Positions 47,758-59,398 of a DNA stretch of 64,000 nt are shown here, piece after piece. This DNA is from an uncultured Chloroflexia bacterium (GTDB lineage: Bacteria > Chloroflexota > Limnocylindria > Limnocylindrales > CSP1-4). The stretch is from the NCBI GenBank assembly GCA_963749705.1, contig CAVVNQ010000002.1, positions 96,001-160,000 of the forward strand, written 5' to 3'. The stretch's first letter is position 1; each line of letters opens with the position of its first letter. The notes below the pieces were generated by a model that saw nothing but the letters and a program-made list of their open reading frames with translations, was not told where the DNA came from and did not search any database. Position numbers and translations under genes: made by a program.

Positions 47758-50043
47758 ATGGCCGAGCCCGTTGTCCGCGATCCCGAGACCCCGCTTGCCG
47801 CCGGGGAGGCGGTGGCGGAGCGTCGCGCGCGCCGCGGGCCACGGCGCGACGCGACCCCGGGCCGCGCCACCGGTCGCACCGCCGCCCGGCGTCCGGTCGA
47901 CCTCGAGGCGATGCGGCGCACGCTCATCGACACGCTTCGCGAGCACCACGCGCAGAGCGACCTCGAGATGGTCGACCGCGCGTTCGACCTTGCGGTGGAG
48001 GCGCATCGACCGCAGGTCCGCGCGTCGGGCGAGCCGTACGTCACCCACCCGATCGCCTCGGCCCAGATCCTGGCCGACCTGGGCATCGACCCGGTCGCGG
48101 TGGCGGCCGCGCTCCTGCACGACGTCCCCGAGGACACCGAGTACAGCCTCGCGGACGTCGAGGAGCGGTTCGGCCCCGAGGTCGCCCAGCTCGTCGACGG
48201 TGTCACCAAGCTGTCCAAGTTCAGCACCCACAGCCACGAGCAGCAGCAGGCCGAGAACATCCGGAAGATGTTCCTCGCGATGGCCGAGGACATCCGGGTC
48301 GTCCTGATCAAGCTCGCCGACCGCCTCCACAACATGCGCACGCTGGGTGCGCTGCCGGAGGACAAGCAGCAGCGGATCGCCCGCCAGACGATGGAGATCT
48401 ACGCGCCGCTGGGCGAGCGGCTGGGGATCTGGCAGATCAAGTGGGAGCTCGAGGACCTGTCGTTCAAGGCGCTCGAGCCGGCGGCCTACCGCGAGCTCGC
48501 GAAGCTCCTCGACACCCGGCGCCGGGGTCGCGAGACGTACATCGAGCGGGCGATCGCGGAGCTGCGCCCCAAGCTCGAGGCGGCGGGCATCGAGGCCGAG
48601 CTCCAGGGCCGGCCCAAGCACCTGTACAGCATCTGGAAGAAGATGGAGCGCAAGTCCGCCGAGTTCGGCGAGATCTACGACGTCTACGCGATCCGGCTCC
48701 TGGTCGACGACGTGCGGGACTGCTACGCGGCGCTGGGCATCGTCCATGCGCTGTGGCGCCCGATCCCCGGCCAGTTCGACGACTACATCGCGGTGCCCAA
48801 GAACAACCTGTACCAGTCGCTCCACACGGCCGTGATCGCGCTGGATGGCAAGCCGCTCGAGATCCAGATCCGGACGCACGCGATGCACCAGGTGTCGGAG
48901 GTTGGCATCGCCGCCCACTGGCGGTACAAGGAAGGCTCGAAGGCCGAGCGCGACTACGACGCCAAGCTCGCCTGGCTGCGCCAGCTCATGGAGTGGCAGC
49001 GCGACGTCAGCGAGTCCGACGCCACGGAGTTCGTCGAGGGCATCAAGCTCGACATCTTCCAGGACCAGGTGTTCGTGTTCACGCCGCGGGGCGACATCAA
49101 GGACCTGCCCGCCGGTGCGACCCCGCTCGACTTCGCGTACCGGATCCACACCGACATCGGGCACCGCACGATCGGCGCCAAGGTCAACAACCGCCTGGTC
49201 CCGCTCGACTACCGGCTCAAGAACGGCGACATCGTCGAGATCGTGACCACCAAGGGCGAGCACGGCCCGTCACGCGACTGGCTCAACCTGGTCCGCACGT
49301 CGCACGCGCGGGAGAAGATCCGGCAGTGGTTCAAGAAGAAGGACCGCGCCGAGAACATCGTCCACGGGCGGGAGGCGCTCGAGCGCGAGCTGCGCCGCCT
49401 CGCGCGGACCAACGTCCAGACCATCGGCCTCGACCGGATCGCCGAGACCGCGAAGACGTACCAGCACGAGACCGTCGACGACTTCTTCGCCGCGATCGGG
49501 TACGGGGCGATCTCCGCCCAGCAGGTGGTCATGCGCCTGGGCGTGCTCGACGACGGCGAGATCACGCTGCCGACCGTCGCGCCGCCGCAGCCCGCGCGCG
49601 TCGGCGGCGTGCGCGTGAAGGGGGTGGGGGACCTCCTGGTCCGCTTCGCCCGCTGCTGCCACCCGATCCCGGGCGACCCGATCCAGGGCTTCATCACCCG
49701 CGGCAAGGGCATCACGGTCCATCTCAAGTCCTGCCCCACCGTGCGCAACGAGCGCGAGGTCAGCCGCCTGATCGACGTGGAGTGGGAGGACGCGCCCCAG
49801 CAGACCTACCCGATCGCCATCCGCGCGGAGGCGTATGACCGGACCGGCCTGCTGTCCGACATCACCCAGGTCATGGCCGAGAACAAGGTCAACATCCTGG
49901 CCGCGAACGTCGCCGTGAACCAGGATCACACCGCGGTCGTGGCGATGACGATCCAGGTGGCGTCGGTGGCCCAGCTGGCCAAGGTGATGAGCCGCGTGGA
50001 GCAGCTCAAGGACGTCCTCAACGTCCAGCGCGAGCTGAGCTGA
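47758..50043 (+). CDS. relA: bifunctional (p)ppGpp synthetase/hydrolase Rel
   Basis: SGEPYVTHP, LHDVPED, KLADRLHNMRT, GRPKHLYSI, YQSLHT, TGS, CC.P.PGD and ACT domains. Confidence 0.96.
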   Translation: MAEPVVRDPETPLAAGEAVAERRARRGPRRDATPGRATGRTAARRPVDLEAMRRTLIDTLREHHAQSDLEMVDRAFDLAVEAHRPQVRASGEPYVTHPIASAQILADLGIDPVAVAAALLHDVPEDTEYSLADVEERFGPEVAQLVDGVTKLSKFSTHSHEQQQAENIRKMFLAMAEDIRVVLIKLADRLHNMRTLGALPEDKQQRIARQTMEIYAPLGERLGIWQIKWELEDLSFKALEPAAYRELAKLLDTRRRGRETYIERAIAELRPKLEAAGIEAELQGRPKHLYSIWKKMERKSAEFGEIYDVYAIRLLVDDVRDCYAALGIVHALWRPIPGQFDDYIAVPKNNLYQSLHTAVIALDGKPLEIQIRTHAMHQVSEVGIAAHWRYKEGSKAERDYDAKLAWLRQLMEWQRDVSESDATEFVEGIKLDIFQDQVFVFTPRGDIKDLPAGATPLDFAYRIHTDIGHRTIGAKVNNRLVPLDYRLKNGDIVEIVTTKGEHGPSRDWLNLVRTSHAREKIRQWFKKKDRAENIVHGREALERELRRLARTNVQTIGLDRIAETAKTYQHETVDDFFAAIGYGAISAQQVVMRLGVLDDGEITLPTVAPPQPARVGGVRVKGVGDLLVRFARCCHPIPGDPIQGFITRGKGITVHLKSCPTVRNEREVSRLIDVEWEDAPQQTYPIAIRAEAYDRTGLLSDITQVMAENKVNILAANVAVNQDHTAVVAMTIQVASVAQLAKVMSRVEQLKDVLNVQRELS

Positions 50044-50103
50044 CGGCGGCCGCCCGCGCGGCGGCCCACCGCGGCGACACCCGGCGAGCCGGCCCGGACG
50101 CCG

Positions 50104-51447
50104 TCAGCGCGGGCGCGCAGCCGCGGGCAGGGATTCCAGCGTCGCGCCGGGTTCGGCGTCGGACGAGCCCGGCGCCGCGAGCCGCCGGCGGATGCGCCGG
50201 AGCCACACGAACGCCGCGAGCCCGACCAGCAGGCAGCTGACCCCCGCCACGGCGAGCGAGGCCTCGACGCCGAACCGGGACGCGATCCAGCCCATCAGCA
50301 GCCCGCCGACCGGCGTCGACCCCGCGAACACCGTCGTGTACACGCTCAGGACCCGGCCGCGCAGCGCGTCGGGCACCGCCAGCTGGATCGTCGTGTTGGC
50401 GGTCGCGGCCATCCCGATCGCGCCCAGCCCCACGAACGCCATCGCGACCATCGCCAGCGGGAACACGTGGATGACGGCGGCCGCGAGCTCGGCGATGCCG
50501 AGCAGCATCGCGCCGCCGGCGATGATGCCGGGAACCGAGCGTCCTGAGAAGGCGATCCCGAGCGCGGCCGCCAGCGAGCCGATGCCGGACGCGGCCATCA
50601 GGAACCCGTACCCGGATGCGTCCGTGTTGAGGACGTCCCGCGCGAGCGCCGGGATCACCACGTTGAAGTTCATGCCGAACGTCGCCACCAGCCCGATGAC
50701 CAGCGTGGCCAGCAGCACCAGCTCGGTCGAGCGCACGTACTGCAGCCCTTCGGCGAGCGTCGTCCGGATCTCGGCCACGGAGGTCGGCCGCAGCATCGGT
50801 GGCGGTGACTGCAGCTCGTCCTCGCGCATCTGCGAGTAGGCCACGATGACGGCCAGGAAGCTCAGGCCGTTGATCAGGAACGCGATGCTGATGTCGAACG
50901 CCCCGATCGTCAGGCCGGCGACCGCGGGGCCCACGATCCGGGCGGCGTTGAAGGTGGCCGAGTTGAACGCGATCGCGTTGGCGATGTCCTCGCGGCCGAC
51001 CATCTCGACCGCAAACGCCTGACGGGTCGGCATGTCCACGGCGTTGGTCACGCCCAGCAGGGCGGCCAGCAGGATGATGTGCCAGATCTCGACCAGCCCG
51101 CTGACGACCAGCCCGAACAGGATGAACGCGAGCACCATCTGGATCGCCTGGGTCGCGATCAGCGTCCTGCGCTTGGGCAGGGCGTCGGCGATGAGGCCGC
51201 CGAACAGGCCCAGCACGAGCACCGGCAGGAACTGGACCGCCGCCACGACCCCCAGCAGGAACGGGTCGTTGGACAGCTGCAGGACCAGCCATGCCTGGGC
51301 GACCTGTTGCATCCAGGTGCCGACCAGCGACACGCCCTGGCCACCGAAGAACAGCCGGTAGTTGCGGTGCCGGAACGCCCTCGCCCCGTTCGGCAATGCG
51401 AAGCCGATGCCGGGACGCAGGGTGGGTCGATCGGGACGCGTCCTCAT
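50104..51447 (-). CDS. MFS transporter (DHA3-like)
   Basis: RNYRLFFGGQ.VS..GTWMQ, GGLIADALPKR, DMPTRQAF, FNAARIVGPA, about 12 TM helices. Confidence 0.92.
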   Translation of the reverse strand: MRTRPDRPTLRPGIGFALPNGARAFRHRNYRLFFGGQGVSLVGTWMQQVAQAWLVLQLSNDPFLLGVVAAVQFLPVLVLGLFGGLIADALPKRRTLIATQAIQMVLAFILFGLVVSGLVEIWHIILLAALLGVTNAVDMPTRQAFAVEMVGREDIANAIAFNSATFNAARIVGPAVAGLTIGAFDISIAFLINGLSFLAVIVAYSQMREDELQSPPPMLRPTSVAEIRTTLAEGLQYVRSTELVLLATLVIGLVATFGMNFNVVIPALARDVLNTDASGYGFLMAASGIGSLAAALGIAFSGRSVPGIIAGGAMLLGIAELAAAVIHVFPLAMVAMAFVGLGAIGMAATANTTIQLAVPDALRGRVLSVYTTVFAGSTPVGGLLMGWIASRFGVEASLAVAGVSCLLVGLAAFVWLRRIRRRLAAPGSSDAEPGATLESLPAAARPR

Positions 51448-51950
51448 GGGCGATCGGCGTCGCGGCCGTGGAACGGGTCACGCCCCGCGTCGAGGTCGGC
51501 GAGGTGGCCCGAGAGGTGTTCACGCCGCAGGTCTGCCTCGGCGACCATGCCCTCCAGGCGCTCGATCTTTCGCCGGAGCGTGGCGATCTGGCGATCAACC
51601 CGCTCCAGCGCGTCGATCACGATCCGCCGGCGCTCGCCGGCGTTGCGGGACGTCCGGAACTTGACCCGGTTTCGGGTGCGCGCCTGCTCGTCCTCGAGCA
51701 GCTGCCCGATCTCTGCCAGCGAGAACCCCGCGTCGTCGCGCAGGCCGCGGATGAACCGGAGCCGCTCGAGGTCCTCGGCGTCGTACAGGCGGTAGGCGCC
51801 CTCGGACCGCGCGGCGGGCGCGAGCAGGCCCAGCTCCTCGTAGTAGCGGATCGCTCGCGGCGTGAGGCCGGTCTCGGCCGCGACGTCGTGGATTCGAAGC
51901 AGCGCTGCGGCAGGCGCCGCCGACGGGCTGGGGGATGCGGTGTCGGTCAC
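51444..51950 (-). CDS. MerR-family transcriptional regulator
   Basis: LRIHDVAAETGLTPRAIRYYEELGLL.P, YRLYD, GFSLAEI, coiled coil. Confidence 0.93.
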   Translation of the reverse strand: MTDTASPSPSAAPAAALLRIHDVAAETGLTPRAIRYYEELGLLAPAARSEGAYRLYDAEDLERLRFIRGLRDDAGFSLAEIGQLLEDEQARTRNRVKFRTSRNAGERRRIVIDALERVDRQIATLRRKIERLEGMVAEADLRREHLSGHLADLDAGRDPFHGRDADRP

Positions 51951-51957
51951 TCCGCCA

Positions 51958-51995
51958 AGTCTATCGCAACCTTGCCGTGCACGTGAACCTTGCCG
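51958..51995 (-). promoter_or_regulatory. promoter and probable MerR operator of the merR-MFS operon
   Basis: TTCACG, 18-nt spacer, TAGACT, 7 nt, GTG; palindrome cgtgcacg (51976-51983) flanked by two copies of aaccttgccg. Confidence 0.55.
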
Positions 51996-52147
51996 CCGGG
52001 GCAGGGCCGCCAGGTGACGCCGTCGAACATTTGTGCTACGATTCCGCTCTCACGGCCTTTCGCCGTGATGCGCCGCGTGGTCGACCTCTCTCTTCGAACG
52101 GACCGTGCACCAGCGCCGTTGCGGTTCGGGGAGCACAGGAGGCCCAC

Positions 52148-52351
52148 ATGGCCACCGGTACCATCAAGCGCATCGTCGCCGATCGTGGCTTCGGATTCAT
52201 CGCCGCCGAGGATGAGAAGGAGTACTTCTTCCATCGCGGCGGGCTTGACAGCACGCTCGACTTCGACCGCCTCGTCGGCGGCGAGAAGGTCGAGTTCGAC
52301 GCCGAAGCCAGCCCCAAGGGCCCGCGCGCCAATCGCGTTCGAGCCGCCTGA
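52148..52351 (+). CDS. cold-shock domain protein
   Basis: TGTIK...DRGFGFI, YFFHR, KGPRA; AGGAGG RBS and a 5' UTR of about 100 nt. Confidence 0.93.
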   Translation: MATGTIKRIVADRGFGFIAAEDEKEYFFHRGGLDSTLDFDRLVGGEKVEFDAEASPKGPRANRVRAA

Positions 52352-52353
52352 TC

Positions 52354-52388
52354 AACGGGGCGCCCGCCACTGCGGCGGGCGCCCCGTT
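52354..52388 (+). terminator. hairpin terminator after the cold-shock gene
   Basis: perfect 15-bp stem AACGGGGCGCCCGCC / GGCGGGCGCCCCGTT followed by CTCGTTT. Confidence 0.8.
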
Positions 52389-52450
52389 CTCGTTTCGACC
52401 GCTGCGCGCACCAGGGCGCGCGAGCCGGCCCCTTCCGGAGAGGAGCGATC

Positions 52451-53614
52451 GTGATCCGGACGGCGTTCGTATCGACCTATCCGCCCCGTCAGGGTGGTGT
52501 CGCCACGTTCACCCAGCACCTGGCGGCCGCCGTCGGTGGGCGTGAGATCGTCGCCATCCATGCCGAGGATCTGCCGGCGCCCTACCCGCTGGAGGTCCAT
52601 CACCGGATCCGTCGCGACGAGCTCGACGACTATCCCCGCACCGCCGAGGCGCTGAGCGTGTGTGCGGATGTCGTCGCCATCCAGCACGAGTTCGGCCTGT
52701 GGGGCGGTGAGCACGGCGAGAGCGTGCTCGATTTCGCGGCCGCGCTCAACGTCCCGGCGATCGCCACGCTCCACAGCGTGCCCGCATCGCCCACCGGTCC
52801 GCAGCACGACGTCCTGGCCGAGCTGGTCCACCGGGTCGCCGCGACGGTCGTCATGTCGCCATCCGCCGCGGCCTTGCTGGTCGAGCACTATGCGGCGGAG
52901 CCACGGCGCATCCACGTGATCCCGCATGGCATCCCGGACCTGCCCCTGCAGGACGCCGAGACGCTCAAGCCCGCGGTCGGCATGGCCGGCCGGGACCTGC
53001 TGCTGAGCTTCGGCCTGCTCGCGCCACGCAAGGGATACGAGCTCGTCCTCGCCGCCCTGCCCGAGATCGTCGCCGCGCGCCCCGAGGCGACCTACGCGAT
53101 CCTGGGCGTCACCCACCCGGATGTCGCGGTGACCGACGGCGAGGCATACCGCGAGTCGCTGGTCGCCGAGGTCAAGCGACGCAAGCTCGGTGGCCACGTC
53201 CAGTTCGTCGAGCGGTTCGTGGGCCGGGTCGAGCTCACCCGCTGGCTCGAGGCATCGGACGTCATCCTCGCGCCCCACACCGATGACGGCCACCGCGCGT
53301 CCGGGACGCTGGCCTACGCGATGGGCGCTGGACGCGCGATCGTGTCCACACCCCACCCCTACGCCCTGGACCAGCTCGCCGACGGCGCGGGCGTGATCGT
53401 GCCGGCCGGCGACCCGTCGGCGCTTGCCGCGGCCGTCATCGAGCTCCTGGGCGACCCGGAGGCGCGCGACACGATCGGCCGGACCGCGCACGATCGCAGC
53501 CGCTCGATGACCTGGTGGAACGTCGCCGCCCAGTACCGCACGCTCCTCGCGCGCGTCCAGGCAAACCCGGTCCGCGGCCGGACCTCCAGCCGATCGATCG
53601 CGCTCCCGACCTGA
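52451..53614 (+). CDS. GT4-family (GT-B) cytoplasmic glycosyltransferase
   Basis: STYPPRQGGVATFT, IQHEFGLWGG, VIPHG, FGLL.P.KGYE, SGTLAYA.GAG.AIVSTP. Confidence 0.9.
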   Translation: MIRTAFVSTYPPRQGGVATFTQHLAAAVGGREIVAIHAEDLPAPYPLEVHHRIRRDELDDYPRTAEALSVCADVVAIQHEFGLWGGEHGESVLDFAAALNVPAIATLHSVPASPTGPQHDVLAELVHRVAATVVMSPSAAALLVEHYAAEPRRIHVIPHGIPDLPLQDAETLKPAVGMAGRDLLLSFGLLAPRKGYELVLAALPEIVAARPEATYAILGVTHPDVAVTDGEAYRESLVAEVKRRKLGGHVQFVERFVGRVELTRWLEASDVILAPHTDDGHRASGTLAYAMGAGRAIVSTPHPYALDQLADGAGVIVPAGDPSALAAAVIELLGDPEARDTIGRTAHDRSRSMTWWNVAAQYRTLLARVQANPVRGRTSSRSIALPT

Positions 53615-53686
53615 TCGCGGGCGGCGGCCCGCGCGATCGCGAACGCGACCCTCGCCGGCGACGCCGACCGCTCTAGACTTCGAGCG

Positions 53687-54979
53687 ATGCCGACCTTCCG
53701 CGCCCCCCGGGGCACCCGTGACCTGCTGCCCGATGAGCGGATCGTGTTTGACCGCCTCCGTCGCGTCGCCGACGACCTGACCGCGCGATATGGCTATGCC
53801 CCGATCGAGACCCCGCTGTTCGAGCAGGCGGCCGTGTTCGAACGGGGGATCGGCGAGGTCACCGATGTCGTCGAGAAGGAGCTGTTCCGGATCGCGCCGC
53901 GCAGCGACGAGAAGGAGACCTGGGCGCTCCGGCCCGAGCCCACGGCGGGCATCGTCCGCGCCTATGTCCAGCACGGGATGCAGACCCTGCCGCAGCCGGT
54001 GAAGCTGACGACGACCGGGCCGATGTTCCGCTACGACCGCCCCCAGGCCGGCCGCTACCGCCAGTTCTGGCAGTTCGACGTGGAGGCCATCGGAGATCCC
54101 GGGCCTGCGGTCGACGCGGAGGTCATCGAGCTCGCGACACGGTTCTTCACGGAGGCCGGCGTCACCGGGGTCGAGGTCCTGCTCAACTCGATCGGCGATC
54201 CGGCCTGCCGGCCGGCATACCTCGCCGAGCTGACCGCGTACTACCGGGCCCATGCCGCGGCGCTGCCCCGGACCGAGCTCGACCGGCTCGATCGGAACGT
54301 GCTCCGGCTGCTCGATTCCAAGGATCCCGCGATGGCCGAGCTCAACGCCTCGGCGCCGCGGATCACGGACCGGCTGTGCGATGCCTGCGACGCCCACTTC
54401 GGGGTCGTCCGGGCGCACCTCGACGCGGTCGGCGTGAGCTATCGCGTCGAGCCCGGGCTGGTCCGCGGGCTCGACTACTACACCCGCACGGCGTTCGAGC
54501 TGTACGTCACCGGTCGCGAGGGCCAGCAACAGGCGTTGGGCGGCGGCGGCCGCTACGACGGCCTGGTCGAGCTGCTGGGTGGCCGGCCGACGCCGGGGAT
54601 CGGGTTCGGCCTGGGGATCGACCGGGTGGCGCTGGTGCTGGCCGAGCAGGCCGGCGGGGACGCCGCACCGGCGGCCGAGGGACCGGTCGCGGTCGTCGTC
54701 GGGGCCGATCCGGAAGCCACGATCGAGCGGCTGCGGGTCGCAACGGACCTGCGGGCCTCGGGCCTGCGCGCCCGCGCGGAGCTGGGGCACCGCAAGCTCG
54801 GCCGCCAGCTCGAGGCCGCGGTCCGGGATGGGGCGCACTTCGCGGTGATCCTGGGCGACGAGCTTGCCGCCGGCCACGTCCAGGTCCGGGATCTCCTTGC
54901 CGGCACCCAGCGAGCGGTCGCGATCGGCGACCTGGCCCGGGAGCTGGCCCGGGCCGAGGCGAGCCACCGGCACGGCTGA
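53687..54979 (+). CDS. hisS: histidine--tRNA ligase
   Basis: PRGTRD, LRPEPTAG, FRYDRPQAGRYRQF, LVRGLDYY, GGRYDGL. Confidence 0.97.
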   Translation: MPTFRAPRGTRDLLPDERIVFDRLRRVADDLTARYGYAPIETPLFEQAAVFERGIGEVTDVVEKELFRIAPRSDEKETWALRPEPTAGIVRAYVQHGMQTLPQPVKLTTTGPMFRYDRPQAGRYRQFWQFDVEAIGDPGPAVDAEVIELATRFFTEAGVTGVEVLLNSIGDPACRPAYLAELTAYYRAHAAALPRTELDRLDRNVLRLLDSKDPAMAELNASAPRITDRLCDACDAHFGVVRAHLDAVGVSYRVEPGLVRGLDYYTRTAFELYVTGREGQQQALGGGGRYDGLVELLGGRPTPGIGFGLGIDRVALVLAEQAGGDAAPAAEGPVAVVVGADPEATIERLRVATDLRASGLRARAELGHRKLGRQLEAAVRDGAHFAVILGDELAAGHVQVRDLLAGTQRAVAIGDLARELARAEASHRHG

Positions 54980-55091
54980 GACGGCTGATACGAGCCACCG
55001 GCACCTCCCAGGCCCGTCACCGGCCCGCCGGACCACCGCGGGCGCGCGTCCCGTGACATACGATGAGACCCGTCACACCTGCAGTCCGGAG

Positions 55092-56969
<1,878 letters not shown>

Positions 56970-57004
56970 TCGCAACCTGGTCGCGCGTCCCCCGGGCGCT
57001 CTCG

Positions 57005-57916
57005 ATGGACGACATCGCCTCGCGGCCGAGGCTGGCCGCGGTCCTGGGCGCCCTGGCCATCGCGTTCTCGGGCATCTTCTACCGTTGGTCGGGCGTGTCG
57101 CCCTCGACCGGCGTCCTGTTCCGCTGCCTGTACGGGCTGCCGATCCTGCTGCTGGTCGCGACCGCCGAGTCACGCCGGCTGGGCGGCATGAGCCGTCGCG
57201 CCGTCGGCGTCAGCGCCATCGCGGGCGTGCTGTTCGCGGCCGATCTCCTCTCGTTCCACTACGCGGTCGACCACATCGGGGCGGGGCTGGCCACGGTGAT
57301 GGGCAACCTGCAGGTCGTGATCGTGGCGGTCGCCGCCTGGCTGCTGTGGGGCGAGCGGCCGAGGCGCGAGGTCCTCGTCGCGCTGCCGATCATGCTGGTG
57401 GGCGTGGTCCTGATCTCGGGGATCGTCGGCTCCGGAGCCTATGGTGTGGACCCGGGCGTGGGTGTCCTGATCGGGCTGGTCACGGCCGTGTCGTACGCCG
57501 GGTACCTGCTGGTGATCCGGCGGGCGAGCCCCGACCATCGTCCCGCTGGCCCGGTCGCGATCGCGACCGCGGTCACGGCGATCATCGCGGTCGGGTTCGG
57601 CAGTCTCGCGGGCGACCTGGATGTCGTGCCGTCGCTGCCGGCGCACGCCTACCTCCTCGCGCTCGGCGTCCTGTCGCAGTCGATCGGGTACCTCGTGATC
57701 CAGGCGTCGCTGCCCAGGCTGCCATCGGTGATCACGTCGGTCCTGCTCCTGGTCCAGCCCGTCGCGACGGTGGTCCTGGGCGCCATCCTGCTGGCGGAGC
57801 TCCCGTCCCTCGCGCAGCTGGGCGGGATCGTGCTGGTGATCGGCGGCATCGCGCTTGCCTCGGGCTCGCTGCGCCGGGTCCGAACGGCCCTGATGGTCCG
57901 CGGCGCGACAGGGTAG
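57005..57916 (+). CDS. DMT/EamA-family transporter
   Basis: about 10 TM helices in two EamA repeats, LWGERP, LLVQPV. Confidence 0.88.
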   Translation: MDDIASRPRLAAVLGALAIAFSGIFYRWSGVSPSTGVLFRCLYGLPILLLVATAESRRLGGMSRRAVGVSAIAGVLFAADLLSFHYAVDHIGAGLATVMGNLQVVIVAVAAWLLWGERPRREVLVALPIMLVGVVLISGIVGSGAYGVDPGVGVLIGLVTAVSYAGYLLVIRRASPDHRPAGPVAIATAVTAIIAVGFGSLAGDLDVVPSLPAHAYLLALGVLSQSIGYLVIQASLPRLPSVITSVLLLVQPVATVVLGAILLAELPSLAQLGGIVLVIGGIALASGSLRRVRTALMVRGATG

Positions 57917-57952
57917 GCTCCGCGCAGGATGTCGTGACCGACGGTTGGCGGC

Positions 57953-58504
57953 ATGGAGGTGGGTCTGGTGACGGAGGCTGGGAACATCGCCGAGCGTGGC
58001 CCGCAGGCGAGCGAATCATGGTCCCGGTTCGATCGCTGGGCGAGCAACCTGTTCCTGGTCCTCGCGCTCATCGGGGTTGTCTCCGCCTTGATCATCCTCG
58101 GTGCCGTGGCGTCGTCCAACCTGCCGGCGTGGCTCGTCGTCTCGTCGTTCGCGATCGGGATCGGGCACACGGGGTTGCTCTACGGGACGTCGATCGCGAT
58201 CGACCGTGGCCGCCCCTGGGCCCGGGAGACGTCCATCTACCTCCTGTACGTGGTGGTCCTGATCGACGCGGTCCAGGCGAGCCTGGAGCTCCTCCAGGGC
58301 TCGCTATGGATCCCGCTGGGAGCGATCCTGGCGATCGCGGTGCTCCGCCAGCGGCCCGGAGCGCTGGCGGCCGCTTCGGCGCGGGATCGGCAGATCGCCC
58401 TGGCGCTCGGTGGGTTGTTCCTCGCCCTGAGCCTGCCCGGACTCGCGCCGTTCTCGATCTCGCTGAATGCTCCACCGGTCGGGATGCTGCTGGGTTGGGG
58501 GTGA
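57953..58504 (+). CDS. hypothetical membrane protein
   Basis: about 5 TM helices with an RGRPWAR loop. Confidence 0.65.
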   Translation: MEVGLVTEAGNIAERGPQASESWSRFDRWASNLFLVLALIGVVSALIILGAVASSNLPAWLVVSSFAIGIGHTGLLYGTSIAIDRGRPWARETSIYLLYVVVLIDAVQASLELLQGSLWIPLGAILAIAVLRQRPGALAAASARDRQIALALGGLFLALSLPGLAPFSISLNAPPVGMLLGWG

Positions 58505-58559
58505 CCGTGGCCGACCGCGGGCACGTGGGCCGGCCGGATCCGGCGGAAGGATCGGGCGG

Positions 58560-59237
58560 CTAGAGCCGGGGTGCACCCTCGACCGGCGCGTCGTCCGGTG
58601 AATCGGCCGCGGCCGCGCCCCACTCGTGGGCATGGGCGTCGGCAGGCTCGGGCGGGCCGTCGTAGGGCGGCAGGTCCGCATGCGCCGTCGAGACGTCCAG
58701 GCTGACCCCCGGGTCACCCGTCTCGACCAACCGCAGCGGGATGCCGACGGCCGCGAGGTCCTCGATGAGGTCGCCCGGCATCCGATCTGCCGCGAGCCCG
58801 CGCAGGACCTCCAGGTGCGCGACGGGGATCAGCACCGGCCAGCCGGGGTCGCCGCGCCAGGACGGGCGGATGACGACGTCGCGGTCCGCCCCGTGCGCGG
58901 CGATCAGGGTGGTGACGGTCTCGGCGTCGACCCAGGCCATCCGGGCCGGCCAGACCATCGCCGCGTCGGTCTCGGCGACGAGCCGGAGGGTGGCGTCGAT
59001 GCCGTTGGCGATCTGGCCCACGGGACCATGCTCGGGCGCCACGGGCTCGACCAGGGTCACCTCCGCGTTGGCCAGCGCCTGACCGACGGTGTCATCGGGG
59101 TCGAAGGAGCACACGACGACCGGCGTGGCCCCGCCCGACCACGCGACGTCGGCAAGGCGTCGGACGGCCGGCGTCCCGTCGGCGTCGGCGAGCGCCGACT
59201 CGGGCGAGGCGGCGAGGATCACGGCGGCAACGGTCAT
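58560..59237 (-). CDS. MobA/MocA-like nucleotidyltransferase family protein (degenerate)
   Basis: VAAVILAA start, GWPVLIP, DPGVSLDVST; the usual LAAG.S.R loop is truncated. Confidence 0.65.
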   Translation of the reverse strand: MTVAAVILAASPESALADADGTPAVRRLADVAWSGGATPVVVCSFDPDDTVGQALANAEVTLVEPVAPEHGPVGQIANGIDATLRLVAETDAAMVWPARMAWVDAETVTTLIAAHGADRDVVIRPSWRGDPGWPVLIPVAHLEVLRGLAADRMPGDLIEDLAAVGIPLRLVETGDPGVSLDVSTAHADLPPYDGPPEPADAHAHEWGAAAADSPDDAPVEGAPRL

Positions 59238-59398
59238 GGGATCTCCTGGTGCACGCCGCGGAGTGTAAACGCCCGATGGCGCGCCGATGGCCGCGGATCG
59301 CGACGGTCGCCGGCACGGCCGCAGGACCGGGGAATCGCCCGCCGCGCCGGCATGTGCGACACTCAGGCTCGCCCATGAACCAAACCCCCGGCGCCGCC

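Noticed and set aside
58560-59237. MobA-like gene as a pseudogene
   Set aside because: The frame is intact with a good RBS (CAGGAG) and normal codon usage; a degenerate active site alone is not enough.
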